A stretch of DNA of 63,913 bases, filler included, from Choristocarpus tenellus KU-1152 (GCA_964200185.2; 11 parts of 11 records of this genome joined end to end with filler, not necessarily neighbours in it); one strand, 5' to 3'; numbered from the whole stretch's first letter, positions 1 through 14,900 are shown. The notes: generated by a model from the sequence alone, not told the origin. A program made the numbers and translations.

Positions 1-39
1 CAAATGGACAGCCGCCACCCCCTCCCAGATACTTTGAGC
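1..39 (-). mobile_element. MITE family 1-related degenerate terminus (similar stubs at 17400-17420 and 61255-61280)
   Basis: caaatggaca...cccctcccagatactttgagc resembles the family end aatggacgcggctctaccctctaagatactttgactc. Confidence 0.5.
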
Positions 40-1294
40 CTGTACTGGGGGGAAAGAGGAGGAGAGCATCTGCCACTAAGCAGCCATGTGGTGCTTGAGC
101 AGCACCAGCACAGGGAAAGCAGTGTGTTCTGTGTTTGGGGGAAAAGCGGAGAAGCTCGACTGTGTCGGGGAATTGGTCTGTGCCTGCCTGGGCAATAAAT
201 ATGATTCTGGAGCTGAGCATAATATCTGTCGCTGTGGGGTCGGCACATAACTTCGTCTTTAAAAGTGGCCAACGGGGATTCGAAACAAACAACAATGAAA
301 GCATCACAGACAGCAGGCCAGGCCCCTGCCAGACACCATAAGAAAAGGTCTGGGACAAACACTCCTTCAATAATAATGGATGTTTTGAGCAAAGATGTTA
401 AAAAGAAAATGTTGGACTACAGGTATAGAAGGGGAAGGGGGGTATTAGGGAAGCGGGGGTGTTCGACAGTAGTTACAAATATCCTCTATTTTGTTACTAT
501 ATAGCTCCCCTAACTTCTCATATTTTACTGGTAGATCTGCATTCTTCTTCAAAATATTGAATGCCGAATGTGAATGAAACCATGAGTCACACGTAAACCA
601 TTCTGTCTTGGTCAACCAACCTGAAATCAAACCTGGCTAAGGTCGGGATCTGGCTCAGGTTAAACAGAGACCTGCATGGTCTAAAACCAAGACCAGACCC
701 AGCTAAAACTGAGACCTCGCTGACCAAAACTTGGACCACGCCTAGTCCTTTTATTATATATACTGCCTGAGTAGGCAGTCCGGACTCACCCATTCCCTTT
801 GTGGCCACAAGATGCCCTGCCTTAGCCTTTTCATAATATATCTTGGCTGATCCTGCCAGCGGGCTATGGCACCACAAAATATTCCTTTACTAGTCTGGTC
901 TGACAAAAAATAATCCTACCCACTCACAACACCCACCCCATATCCCTACGCCTTTGAAGGTATGTACCTGACCCAGGGAGCTGGTACGTTTCCATATATG
1001 GAGTTGATAAGAACTTCTACTAGTGTAGAGTTCATTGGTTTTTCCCCTGAAAATGTCATAAAACTAAATAAGTATATATAATAAATATAATGTGTTACTA
1101 TGTCTAACTTTTTGTAGATATGTGACAAGAAAAACTAATAATGAAAAACCATTCAAATGCGAGAACCTCTAAAAAAGTAGTCGAAATATGCAAAGACAAT
1201 TTTCTATCATCTCTTTACTATTTTACTACCGGATGTGCTACACCACTGCCCTCCTACTATGCCTCCAACCTAACTCAGTCCTCCACTTCAGGGT

Positions 1295-1590
1295 GAGGAG
1301 TTAGGAGGGAAGCATCCCAAGAATCTCACAGGCCCTTCCTTGCTCATCTCCCTGATGTCTCCAACTTAAAGCACACGACACATCTAGATAGAGCTACTTT
1401 TGTTGTGACACACACTACTATCCGTCGTAGACGGGATTTGACAGCCCCTTTCCTGTTGTAGCATCCTCCCCTCTATCCCCCCTCCTACAGTGTACGCAGC
1501 CAACTCATCCAGAAAACTTTCCGCTTGCTTACCGAGGCGCCCAAACTTTCCACCGCGAAGTAGAGGTTATAACTACGTCAAAGAACCCTC
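1295..1590 (-). mobile_element. Degenerate 3' end of an RLE-type (CRE-like) non-LTR retrotransposon, copy 1
   Basis: The reverse complement aligns by eye with 18400-18692 (shared agttataa...ttcgcg.tggaaagtttgg..gcgcct...agattcttgggatgct). Confidence 0.6.
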
Positions 1591-2091
1591 ATAGTGGGTG
1601 CAATTTCGCGCCTCAATTGCAGCAACACCTACACCATCAGTGATGGATGAGTGTGGTAGGTGGGATGTTGCTTGCACTTTTCCCAACGTAATATGTTTAT
1701 TCCCCCTGACACATCTGCAAAATGTCAGAGAGCATAATAATAAAAATATAATAATAATACACCATAGACGCCATACCGTTGGCAGGTTTTGCCCTTTCAT
1801 ACCGTTCCAACTAAACTGAAATACTATTATTTACAAAATAATTACATATTTGCATCCCTGAACAGTACTGAATCCTCTACTTCCAACGAAGAGATCTCGA
1901 CGGGATGAGCGTGCAGGTGGTGAGACGGATGCAAAGATAGCACTGGTTCATAACAGATACTACTGAGTGCTCCTGAGAGAGTCGGTGTAGGGCATTGCAA
2001 CCTGCAACAACGATTTGACTTCAGACTTAAATCACTAAACGGTCGGGGAAGTAGCAACAGGTCCTAGGAAGGGATTGGGAGGTGCAGCTCC

Positions 2092-5000
2092 ATGGGATGC
2101 TTCTTGAGCTCCCTTGGGTGCTGTTGCATCTCTGGAGAATCCTCATTATTGCTCCTCGATGATTCGAAGTCAAGGGAGGCACTTCCGACTGGGGAGAGTC
2201 AGGTGTGAGGGCACACTTCCTTTTCCGAGGTTTTCTTGCTTAATTGGTGTGTGGTTCGCCTCACCCCAGCTTCTTTAGGGATCTATCTCCCTCTAACACC
2301 AAGACTAGAGGCTCTGCGTATTATCAAACCTAAACTTTGAAGAGGTTTTAACATTTTCTTGAACGATTAAACTGCGCACCTCGAGCCAAGAGGAGGACTG
2401 GAGACCTGTCCATACTTGTCATCTGTCATCACTCACGTTGCTAGCGGCGTTTGGATATAATCTGGTATGTACAGGTTGATGTTGGCCTTGATTTAGGGGA
2501 GCTTAAGGATATGCACTTTTTGGCCAATGGCGGCATGTGTTCCATTTACACCGCCTCCTTCAGGAATCAGCGAGTAGTCGTGAAGGTGAGAGCTCTTCTA
2601 TCAATTGCCCCGCTTCAGGGTTGGCCTGTTTGACAGTGCCAGTGAATACTCCCTGTACAGAACTAATAATTGAATGATGTGGAGTCTCGCCCTGTATTCC
2701 CACTGCTCTCTGTGCTATGACAAAACGGCGACCTAAAGAATCAGGAGGTGGGTCTTAGAGTAGCAACACTGAGGCAGTATTCTCTCCCCAGGGTCCCTAC
2801 ATTCTGTGTTACGCCGTGAAATACACCCTTCGTCTGTGATAACTCGCGCTTTGCGCACTTAAGCGCAGAGACACCTCCTTTTTCTCGAGTGTTCTTCTGG
2901 CTTTCTCTCCAGATCTTTTTTGTGTAATTACCCCCATACAATAACCTTCCCTTCTTGAACTTGGTTTAGAATTCAGGGTATATGCAATGATGAGACAAGG
3001 ATGTTGTTGCTGCTATGTTGCGGACTTTATCGTTTCAAGTGTGTGAATGCAAAATGCAATGTCGTGGTGTCTTGTTCAGCAAATGTTTTGCAATGCCTCA
3101 TGGAGGAGCATCTCAACAGATATTTTTTCCTTCCTTCGAAAGTCTGAGGGTGTTTACACCAGACCTTTTATCTTTTAGTCATTTACATAATCCCACCTCG
3201 ACAACACCCTTTCCTCACCCTAACATCCCACCCCCACCTTGCCACGAGCACCAAACTGCTGCAAAGCACTACTGTACCCCTGGGTGTGCCCACCCAAAAT
3301 AGACTAAGAATCGCACCTATTTTACCAGTTCCCCTTCAACACCAGATATATGTCTACACTCACATTTCTCATACCTGACAACATGCAATTGACAACCCTC
3401 AAATTACAAATCCGTCTGATCTCCTTATCCACCATAGGTATAAACAAGTCTACCAACAACCACCTATGTACGTATAACTGATGACACATGTCCTACCCCT
3501 ACCTCTATACCACAAACATGAAGCCTTCATCACTAGGTGTTACATGCTATGAAGCTCTGACTACGTTGGAATCAGGCTGGTGAAATTTGCTTGTCTTAGT
3601 AGCAAAGACTCTTCTCCAGCATGACCTGCAGTTGCTAAATTGTAACTGAATCCACCCTACCAAAATCTATAATGGCCCTGACAGTTTCTCACTGACCCCA
3701 TTCCCCCTGCAGATACCCCGTGATAACTGTGCACAGCCAGAAGTAGCTTGCAAGGACCTGGAGACAGAAGTGGACATTCTCACCCGCATTCATCACCCCA
3801 ATATTATTAAGGTTGTAGGTGCAGGTTACGTGTCCCCTCTTGATGTGGATGGGGATGGAAAGGAGGCAGCTGACTTTAAGGACCTCGACCAGCCCCCCAA
3901 GCGGTTTGTGCTGCTGGAGCACCTTGCTGGGGGCACGTTGACCGAACAGATGGGATTGGGACAACCCCAGGCAGAGGGGATGGTAGGGTCCGTGGTCAGG
4001 TGTGTCCAGAAGGGAGAAAAAACAAACAAAAAAAATGTGTACTTGATGAGTGAAAGGGAAACATGCGGGGTGGAAAGGGGGAGAGGAGTGTGTACCTGCT
4101 TGACTTGTGTTTTTGTATTTGATTCGCCAAAATGCTTGGGTCTGGTGATGGATTTGTGTGTGTGTTTTGCACACCCTCTCCTTAGTATACCTATGTTTTC
4201 GTGTCAGTTGTGGTTTGCATGCAGAGGGGGGGAAGGGACTGCTGGTTTTGGTAGGTGATGGCTGTGGACAGTGTGAACCTGGACAGTGGATACTGTGTTG
4301 TCTTCCTCTTGCCCCTTTGTACAATCAGTGGGTCATGTCTAGTTGAATGTTTCAAGTTGATACATGTTGGCCAGACTCTTCCTCGTTGTCCAACCTTCAT
4401 TCGATCTTTTTTGGAGCACACACCTCGAGCTTCTCCTCCCCCCCNNNNNNNNNNCCCGCTGCCTCACTGCTGGTTTGTCACCTGGTGAGAGGTGTGGTCA
4501 CTGTTTTTGTGTCCAATCTTGTGTATTGTTTAAATTGGCTCATTTTGTCACATACGAGCCTTCCTCCACAATTTTTTTTAATACGAGCAGGCGTTGGCAT
4601 CAGAACTGGCAGTTCCCCACCAAGAAGGCGCTGGACAGTGCTGTACAGCTGGCATCAGCACTGAACTTCCTCCACAATGGTGCAGTGGAGGGAGGTTTTG
4701 TTGTGCACCGAGATCTGAAACCGGAAAATATTGCCTTCACATTGGATGGACGCCTCAAGCTTTTTGGTGAAGAGGATCTTGTTTGTAGACTTGGGGGGAG
4801 CTTTGAGTGGATGGAAGTTTTGGGGATCGGGGATTGTGTTTCATGCTTGTGAGTGAAGAAGGGAGAGGATTGGTGAGGTGAAACTTGTAAAACAGACTTG
4901 TTGGGAGTAGGCCATTTGCTAGATGAAGGAAGCAAAATCATGTTGATGCAGTAGCTCTGGCATTGCTGCTGAAAATCTCCTTCCCTGATTGGTTCTTATG

Positions 5001-7210
5001 GAAATGAGAAACAGGTATCACTGAAGTTTCTGCTGGCTATGGGTAGTAATTCTTGATGGGGGGGTGCATGAAGTTAGGGTTAGGGTTAATACGGGTCTCT
5101 GAATAGTCTCCTTATTAATGTGGCGTGTATGGACTTGACCTTTCCTACAATAACGAACATGGAAAGAGTGAGGTGTCGAGATACCAATCAAAGTCCCTTG
5201 TTATGTGCATGGACGTGATAAATGTGCAATGGATATGCTCTCCCTAAGATCCTATCCATACTCTGTGAAAACTAACGGCCGCTCCTGCTGTGACTTTGGC
5301 ACTCCCCCTCCCCCCAACATTCATACGGGCAGACTTTGGACTGGCAAAGGTGGTGCATCGGAGGGCAGGGCGATTGTCACAGCGGTATGAGATGACAGGG
5401 GAAACAGGGTCAACGCGTTATATGTGTCCTGAGGTGGCACTTCAATACCCATACAATGAGAAGGTATGCGTGATGATATTGGGATGTGGGTCTTGATGCT
5501 GTAGAACTAGGAGTTGGGAAGGGATTTGAGTGTAGTAGCACACAAAATAGAGTCAGCTTGGTGTACCCCTTGGCAGGCGACATGGCATGTGCACCTGCTC
5601 TGCTTGTGTTTTGTTGGTATGTGTATGTATGTTGGTATTTTGGTATGTTTGTTACCTCTAAGCACTCTTTGGCGATCATGATGCCCTCCTTGAAGCCTAC
5701 TTTTAAAAGGAGCTTCCACCTCACAAGTAGCCTTGCCGATGCTATGGTAATTTGGCATATACTACTAACAGAATAAGGGATGTATTGAATGGGGGTACTG
5801 CTTTGCACGCAGCACAGCGCTTGAATTTGTATGGGAGGCTTGCTTTTGTACCCGGCACAACAGCCTTTCCCCTCCCCCTTTCCATGGTTTAGCTCACCCT
5901 TGGCTGGTATATGGCATTGCCACCAAGACAGAGTTGTTTCAAAGTTTTCCGTGTGTGCGAAGCATTGTTGGATAGCACAAAAAACGGTAATGAGAAAAAA
6001 CACATGATTTTAGTGTGTAATACTGCCCTGACACTATTTGGACTTGTCTTGGCATTTCAGCAAACATGATGTAGGACAGTCGCTGGGGGCAATTCATTAC
6101 TATGATAGTGTTACTGCTGTTTTACTAGTGGATCTTTATACAGTGATTCAAGCTACAATACTGGACAAGCCGAGGATTTCAAAATCAGGCAGGCTTTTCC
6201 CGATCAACTCTAGGCACTGGTGAAAGCACCCTATTGACCTTCCAATTGTGGTTTCCTCCTGCCGTGTTCCTGTCCACACCAAACTGATGTAGGCTGATGT
6301 TTATAGCTTTGGACTAATTCTTTGGGAGATGCTCACCCTGAAGAGGCCCTTTGAAGGGCTCAGTCGGAAGGAGTTTTTGCATACAGTCATTAAGGGAGGG
6401 AAGCGCCCAGCACTGGAGAAAGAGTGGACAGATGACCTGAAGAGTTTGCTTAGACGGTGCTGGTCTGAGGACATAGACCTTAGACCTGGTGAGTCCCACT
6501 ACAGGAGTAGGGTTGGCAGATGGGAAGTTACGCTTGACAGGAAGACTTTTATGTCGCTCAGTAGAAAGGTTTTGTGAATCTTGATGTCTCTACCTTTGTT
6601 TCCATCCCCTCGCCAATTCCATGATGCCTTGCACTTCTCTACAAACCCACCTCAACCTTTGTGCAAATATGAGTCAAGCGTAAATGTAGTGCAAAATGAT
6701 GTGAAGATGAACTGGTAAAGAGTTGAAGTGTCCCCAGACTGGTAGATGATCTCCTCAGTACATGTGTCTACATATCAAATCAGCTTTAAACACTTTGTTG
6801 CTCCCCACTCCCTTCCACCTTTAGTGAGGGTAAGAGACAGGATCATACCAGTGCTCCAAATTCCAAATACCCACCCGTTCAAAAATATACAACCCCTACC
6901 CTCCACCTCTGGGTCAGATTTTGGGGTAATAGAATCAACATTGAGGGATATAGCACGCCAGGAGACAACATGGGGGATCCTGAGCCCAACGCCAGTATCC
7001 ACACACAAACCAGCGGGTGGGGGGGGTAGCGTCAATGGCATGATGGAGCAGTCAGCTGGGGGGGGGAAGCCGGCTGGAATAGGGGGGGAGCATGGGGTTG
7101 GGAGAGAGGGCTTATCAGTGGTTAGTGGTGGCAGGGATGGTGGGGGAGGAGGAGAACGGGATGGAATCCTACGGAACTCTCTTGATAATGGTACACGCAC
7201 ACTTTTATAG
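2092..7210 (+). CDS. Protein kinase, TKL-like Ser/Thr kinase, complete 7-exon model: 2092-2202, 2475-2585, 3713-3999, 4591-4766, 5333-5463, 6293-6488, 6918-7210
   Basis: All introns are GT-AG with compatible phases. The spliced protein has VVVK (subdomain II), HHPNIIK, HRDLKPEN, DFG (split across exons 4/5), GETGSTRYMCPE, ADVYSFGLILWEM and CWSEDIDLRP. It begins MGCFLSSLGCCC and ends in a Gly-rich tail. Confidence 0.92.
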
Positions 7211-8995
7211 TGGGGAAAACTCAGGGTGGGGGGTGGGGGAGGGGCAAGTGTTGATGTCAACACTTCGATGGTACTTCAAAAACCAAAGTGTTGACTTTTT
7301 TACACTGTAGGCATAGGTGTTTGCCACCCCCATCCAACCACCTCCTTGTAGCTAAAAGAACATCACACCACACCCCTAACCCTAAGTTGGCATTGAATTT
7401 GTTTGCTTGAGGGCCAAGTGAGGCAGTGACTGAGAAGATACATACTTGATGACTGTGGGAGCTTGGTGGCAAAATTTCTGCTGTCAAATACAGTTCTATG
7501 TTGCGCATCTACACTTGAATAGTTGGACAAGTTGAACCGAGACTTTGTGTTTTTTGTGTCCCAACAAAGTCCGTCCTTCCATAGTATGTGCTATTTATTG
7601 CTTTAGTATACAGGCATCAACTACATGCCCTTTGATAAGACCCCAATATGTGCCCCCTCAAGGCGAAGTTCATGGTATGTACAGACACCCCCCATGCACC
7701 TAGGGCCTCAGTAAGCTCTTTCATGAACCAAACTACTCGTTATTGTTCCTTATGATCCAAGGACCAACAGAGTCTTGATTGTTGTGGCTGTGGTAGGCTT
7801 TTTTCACAAATACCTAGAGCTCTGTACATTCACCTATTCTTTCTTTCATTTTGTTCTCCTTAAGGTTTGGTTCTTGGTCCATGTTGCAATTACACTTCAA
7901 CATTCATACCTCTTATCTCAATATCCTCGATCTTTATTCTTCATTACAAACTGCCAATGTTGTTGAACAAGGTACCACACTACATCCTTGCAATAACCTG
8001 ACAAGACACCTTATTCATGAAGTACAGTGCCTTGATATATGTTCCTCTTTGGTGACACCTGGAGAAAGACTTTGCCTCCCCTCTACAAGTTTTCTGTCTT
8101 CAATTTCAACTCCGAGTTTTATCTTACTCCATGCTCCATGGTCTCTACCTGCTCATCTCTTTTTTAACTTTAACAATCAGTACCACTTTCATCAGCAATA
8201 TAATTGAAATGCATCTGTTTATCCACATGTGTGAACCTGCATTCAAACTCTTGGAACAGTTTTATCAGGAATATTTGAAGGGCTGGGCATTTGTAGTGTT
8301 TACGATGTTACATGACTCAAAGCTAGGTTGATCACAGAGTAGCCATACACTAAAGTAACAATGAGTGAAATGCTGTCACTACAGTAGAAATAGAGCAATG
8401 ACTCAAAACAGGCTGGACCTGAGGGATTCACATCACATTGAAAGGGAACATGATTGAGTCAGTTGTAAGTAACCATACACATGAGTGCCCACAAGTGATG
8501 GTGGAAATTCTCTGTATGGGAACAAGGTTGCAGACAGAAAATCTCTCTACTCTTGTTGCAGTTTTCCTTTTCAAACAACTATGCATGGTAGTGATCTACC
8601 CGAATCAACTCCTGTTTTTATTAAGTACTTGCATCTGTAGGAGTAGGGTATGATACATCTTTACATTATTATCATTTTATGTTAGAAACTTCTGGACTCT
8701 CAGCCATCAGGGGAAGAATCACCCTCTTGCATTAGTATCAAGCTGATAGATAATAACCAAATAGTCAACACAGCCCTACAAGAATTAGAGCACCTCAGAC
8801 ACATTTATCTATCCTCACATCTTTGTCTCCACTGTAATTATACGTTCAAAATACTGAGAAAATTAGTGTCACCTGATACACATTTCAATTGAGGCTAGGT
8901 ATCATGGCATTAAGCAGTGCCCCTCTCTTGTCAAGTTCAACATACACACCATTGGCAAACCCTAACACTAAGTACCCTCTAACTTATCAACACAT

Positions 8996-11900
8996 TCATA
9001 CCATCAGCTGCAGATCCCCAACAAGAGACACATGATCTGATGGGAAACTCTCAAACGGAAGCCCAGGTGTTAGAGCTCGAAGAAAGTTCTCCTCTGGCAT
9101 TGGTGCAGTCCCAAGCAGTCTTGAACCCTCCTTCTCCACAAATACATAGTCCAGGGTCTCCGTGAAGGAAGGAGTAAAGTTTGTAAATGCAGGTGTTCCC
9201 GAAGCCAGCTCCATTGCTGCCTCCAAGCGGAGGTAAGGTATAGGGAGGGGAACAGCATGGACAGCACTACTCTTCCCAGTACCACCACCACCTGCAAGAA
9301 CACCTCCATCGATACTGTTGACATCCATCACATCTCCTGTGCCTTTATCCTGATCACTGCCTCCATCTCTACTGTTACACCTGGCATTGCCTACAAGGTA
9401 CAGCAAAGTAACATGATGGCAAACAGATACGGTCTGAACATATGCTTCTTAACGTTCACTAGGGTCATGATGTGACATTGAAGCAGACAAAAACCCTCCC
9501 TCTTCAGGATATCTTGAGGGGTTGACCATTGCCTTGTTTCTACCCCGTACCTCACCTTGTTCCTTTCCTCCCCCTCCAGCCTTGCCCTTCACAGCAGGAG
9601 GTGCACTTGAGCCTGTCTCGGGCACCACTTCATCAAAATAACGATCACCCCTGGTAAAACAAGGAGATTGGGATGTTTGAATAAGACGCAAGTAATAAAT
9701 AGGGTGGACGCAAAATAATAATAATTATTATTATCTATTACAATTATCATCATGCAAAAGGTGTAAGAGATGCCGTACTCAGAAAGATATGCCTGTATTC
9801 CCTGGTCCCCACACATACAACCACTCATCACAAACAATAGAGCATATTGCGGGTCAGTCAAAACATTTTTTTTACCACTTAGTAATTGCAATACCCTGCC
9901 CAGCACCTCACCTTATCTACAGTGCCCAAAAAAAAGGTATGTACTAGAATGCTGCATGCTGCCAGAGAGTCATCCTATCTTAAAGGGGGTACACTTGAGG
10001 CCCTTTGGAGTATCTAGGACTATCCAAACCTCCTGCTTGACACTCCATTCCAATGCCTGAAATGAAACTTATCCCCATTGGAGACTGACTGCAGAAGACA
10101 AGACAAAACATTTGACCACATAAGCGCCAAATCACCCCTGAGAGTGAACCAGCACATGTTTACAAGGCAGTCACAGGCGATCAAAAACACCAAGCTATGA
10201 TTGAATGCCTCATAGATAAAACCACAATACCACATAGTAGGAGGTCTTGTACCCACCCAATCCCACACAATGAAGGAAGGGAAAAAGAAATTGAATACCT
10301 GACCCACAATGTTATGCTCCACCTCATACTCCCACTCTGAGTCTGCTGCAACTATAGCCCATGTGCCACAGAACCCACAACCCAATTCTCCACACAGTCT
10401 TTGAATCCCCTAACATCACACTCAGTACAAGCCTTGTCCTCACACCCTGCCCCTACCCCTAGCTCCACACACTCTCACCATTTGAAGTTGACAACATTGG
10501 CCCACATCTCGCTCTCTGGTGATACCAGGTCTCCTTTAAGATATTGTACAGGACCATCCGGCATGCTATTGAGGTCCCCCGCAACTATAACCAAAGGACT
10601 CAACCCCTCAGCTACAAGTAACTTTCTTACTTCAGCAACCCTGTAATGAGTAAAGTAGTGCATATATGGGAGCATAAGCTTAACATATGAGTGAGTCTAT
10701 TTACAGGGGAATGCATGGGTGCAAGTGAATGCACTGTTGAAAACAATAAGAGTACAAAGGAGTCACAGTGCATCCATTACAAATACGCCAAAGAAGATAT
10801 TAAGGGGAAGAGAATAAGACTGTGCCCTCCTCCTGTACATACAATATATATATATATATATATTGTGTACAGCACCAGGTAATATATTATACCTGTCTCA
10901 AAATATAAGAGCGAATTGCTTTTAAGCCTAGTGGGGTGGCAGATACCTCACCCACTTCGAAATTCCGAAAAAATTCAAGTCAACAAATCAGCTCTTGTAG
11001 ATTCCAACCCTAAACCCGCATTTTAAAAAATCTCATGGTATAGAGAGAGTTACAAAGTATGATGTTTGTCATCAATCATACATTTCAAGACAGAGGTGGT
11101 TGTTTGTAAAGTAGTAGAATGGAATGAGATGGTTGGGGGAGGAGTAAGGAGTAAGGGTAGTAAGGAACAGTAAGCGCAGGGAAAGAGCAGTGACTTAGTT
11201 TGCACCAAGACAAGGTAACACCTTAGTGTATGTGTGAGTGTCTGTGCAGGTGTGTGCTTGCATGCATGCTCCATTGTTCTCCAAGGGCAGGGGGACATAG
11301 ACAGCCCTCTCAAACCTGTTCATTATGGCGACCAACTGCATCAGACGCAGGTGTGAGGCATGTGGGTGGAAGTATAAGTGTGTGTTCACCACGACCAACC
11401 TGGAGCAGAGCAAGAGTGAGGGGGGAAATACGGGTTCAGGTGGTGAAGGGTGCTTGATTGGCAGCAGACCAAACAACCTTGACATACACCACCATATACT
11501 CAAAAGAAGGTTTGACCTTCAGTGTAGCAATGAAGTAGATCTCCTGGCTGTTCAGAAAGCTGTGCAATTGTACTAATAGGAACACGGGTCTAAAATCCCA
11601 AGCACTAATAGTAATCAAATATAAGCACTCCCTTTGCATGATGATGAGTACTAAAAAAGTTCTCCAATATGACAGCAACAACCATGGTGCTCTTCTCATC
11701 CACAATGGCTTTCAAGTTATCAACAAAACATTTCTGCTGGTACTGTAATGTCGGCAATCAGTACTGAGAGGCTTACTGTGCTCTATCTCATACTCAGAAA
11801 GAACTACGACCACTGACTGATCAGGGGCAGGTTAGGTACATCATCCTTGCAGGAAGGCTATTTTGATGCATGGAAGCACTCCTACTATTATCTATCTTTT

Positions 11901-14900
11901 TCTCAGAAAAAGTATTCTCCAACAAATTTACTCCATAGTGGCACTTTGAGGCAGATACACACTGCAACAACTAAGAGACAATACAGGAATGCTGTAACCA
12001 TTAACAGTGCGCTGCTAACAGATTTTTAAAAAACTGACATTTTTTTTAAAAACTCCAACACCAAAAAAAAAATAGGCAAAATATGCTACAGTATCATTTT
12101 CTTCTATTTACTTTTTTTTAAGTGCATTAAAAAGGTACTTCTTGGTACAAAAAGGTACAACTTAGAACAGGCATCTAAAGCATCAATCACCTTATGCCAG
12201 GGGAGCCTTCCACAGCAAGTACTACCACCTGCGCCACAGTTGTCAGCTTCTCCTCCACTATTACTTTTAGGTGAGGAACACTCTCCAGGAGGGGTATAAA
12301 CTCTTCCATCGATGGGATGATCTTACGCATAACCAAATCATGGGAACATTCCAGTCTTAGCCTAGACCGGCGGTAGAAAATTGCCAGCCCCTCCTGTCAA
12401 GCAAGAAAGCATCCCAAGGGTGGTAAGGGGGAGTGGAACTGTAACCACTGAGCGTAGAATAGAAGTGATTTGCATTCACACCATGGAAGAGGACAAAGGG
12501 AAGCATGTTCTTCACTTAATGCCCATCGCTCAATTCTAACTGCCAAACATTTTGATACCATTACTGTAATACCAGGGCGCTAAATCACACAACTGACACC
12601 CCCAGTGATATATTTGTAGCTCAATAAATATTTGACCATACCAGGGGTCACAGGTTCAAACCCTGCTATGGCTGGCCGCTTACCTGACTGTCTCTATTGC
12701 TGATGGGACAAGACAGACATGGGTGCAGAGGGGGGCGCAGAGCTGAGAAGGATAAAATTACTGTCTCTATTCACCGCAGTTGGAGGATTTATGGTACCAT
12801 GTCGGCAGGGGAGGCAGGAAGCAGGTTCAAGGAGAAATGTGAAGATGGGACAGGGATCACTGCTCAGGGAGTGCAAAAGACTAGTGGGGGCATTGACCCA
12901 CGGAGCAAGTTTGGTATTGGTAACACCCTGGACTTTGATTTTGCCGAAAATAGACCTCACTCCACATCACCAGGTCAAGAACATGCATAAATTAGTGCCC
13001 AAGTGGTACAGTCAGTGTCTCAATATTTGACACTGTCGGGATCACCAGTAAGTACCAGTAAGTACCAGTAAGTACCAGTAAGTACCAACTCCATTGACAC
13101 CGCCTTCGGCATGAAATGAACTGCGATCAAACAAACCTGAATGATGCAGGCAGTTGAGGAACATCAGTGAGAGTCGGCAGGCCTCACGAAAAAGCGAAAA
13201 GCGCTTTTTAGTTAAGAGATCAACCTATTGGCGTGCCAAGATGGTGCACACAACAAACGTGCATGCAACACACTGTGCTCATGCATGCAACACAATGTGC
13301 TCATGTTTAACGGCAGATTGGTGCAACTGGCGGGAGTGGTGATGGGCATTCAAAAAAGGTTAAGGTTGCTCTCGTAGCTGCAACACCAACATACATACAT
13401 ACAAGACTCCACCACCTCTCACAACTCTGATTCTGAGGCTCGCTATATGGTATAAAGAGGGCAAATGGACAGTTAGCAACTCGGGGCAGATTGTGAATGG
13501 GAGCTGGGGCCATAAGAAGTACTGCACCACTTGGTACAGAGCTTATTATGGACTTGAAAGTAGTGAGAGGGGATGGACGCATATACTTTGGACAAATAAA
13601 TCAGGTGGGACAAGATGGGGGGAAAAGTCAGTAAGCAAGGCACATGTGCCACCGCTATCTCCAAGCTACTAGCAATGGTTGTTAGACCAATCTACTTTCA
13701 CTGTCTCAATCCTACAACAAGTGCAACTTGTCTGTCCTCTCCTTCCAAAGTCAACACCAACAACAGCTCCACCTGCTTCAAAAGGGAGGTTAGGAAAGCA
13801 CAGGGGAGGCACAGAAGAGACTATTGGATCTTTAATCTAAACCGCATTATTATATTAAAAAATCCGAACTCTATAAAAATATCAACAATTACTCTCAAAT
13901 ATTTAGACTATTAAATCCACATATGAGGAACCTACTTCAACCTGACCCCCAAATGCCTCCCATAGTAAAAGGTGTAAGTGTACCTAGTAGATACATCTTC
14001 ATCCTTATTGGTAGTAACCATCCATTACTCCGCCAATCACACAAGCCTCTATTTCTCCAGTCAAGTCACAAGCATCCTTGTCACACCTAGATTTCAACAA
14101 CGACTCAAGGCTCTCACAATATGTAAATATTTTTATTCCCACTTATCCCCCCATCCCACCAATTATAAATATATCCACATCAATGACTCAACAACTGTAG
14201 GGGTATGAAAAAGTGAAGGGAAGTGAATGGTGAAGAGTGGGCAAGCAGTGGTCTATATGTGGTGTGCCCTACAGCCTTGCTAGGGTACCGTGGCCATTTT
14301 CATTAGTCGGTAGCACTCTGAGCAGTCTGTAGCACTACAGAACAAAAAACTAGCAGAGCGATTATGATGATTCCATTAATATATCAGTTGTGCAGTGGTC
14401 CGCAACATCAATTAGAAAACATTTAAACGGGTTTGATAGATGGTAACGGGCCATAGAGACGCTGCTGGATTGTGGTTGACTGGCATTTGACGGCAAGGAG
14501 ATGGGATGAACAGCAGACTAGGACTATGTAAGGACATTGCAGATGCTAACAGACTGCCATCAACCTTTTGTCACCTAGTATACTCTAGGTTTTGAGTTCT
14601 ACTGTCTTTTCCCATGTTGTAGTGTACGTGAAGCAACCCTCTCTCTCACACCTCTTCATTTGTCACACGTCCTTTCTTGGACTTAGTCCTTGCACAGGCA
14701 GCTTTGGCTTCACGGCAGGGTGACTAAGAGCTGAGGGATAGTACACACACACAACAAATATTTTGTGCTTCATCCTTGAAGGCACACAGTAGAATCCCAT
14801 CAGGTCACGATCCTCGACACATCTGGACTATGCAAGGCTTCACTGCTTGCAAGTGATCCAGTTCATTTGATGCCAACACAGTCAAGTATGGAGTGTTTAG

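Noticed and set aside
12694-13030. Overlapping ORFs inside the PDE12 intron as a nested gene or extra exon
   Set aside because: The flanking PDE12 exons join in phase without it, and the ORFs show no recognisable motif.
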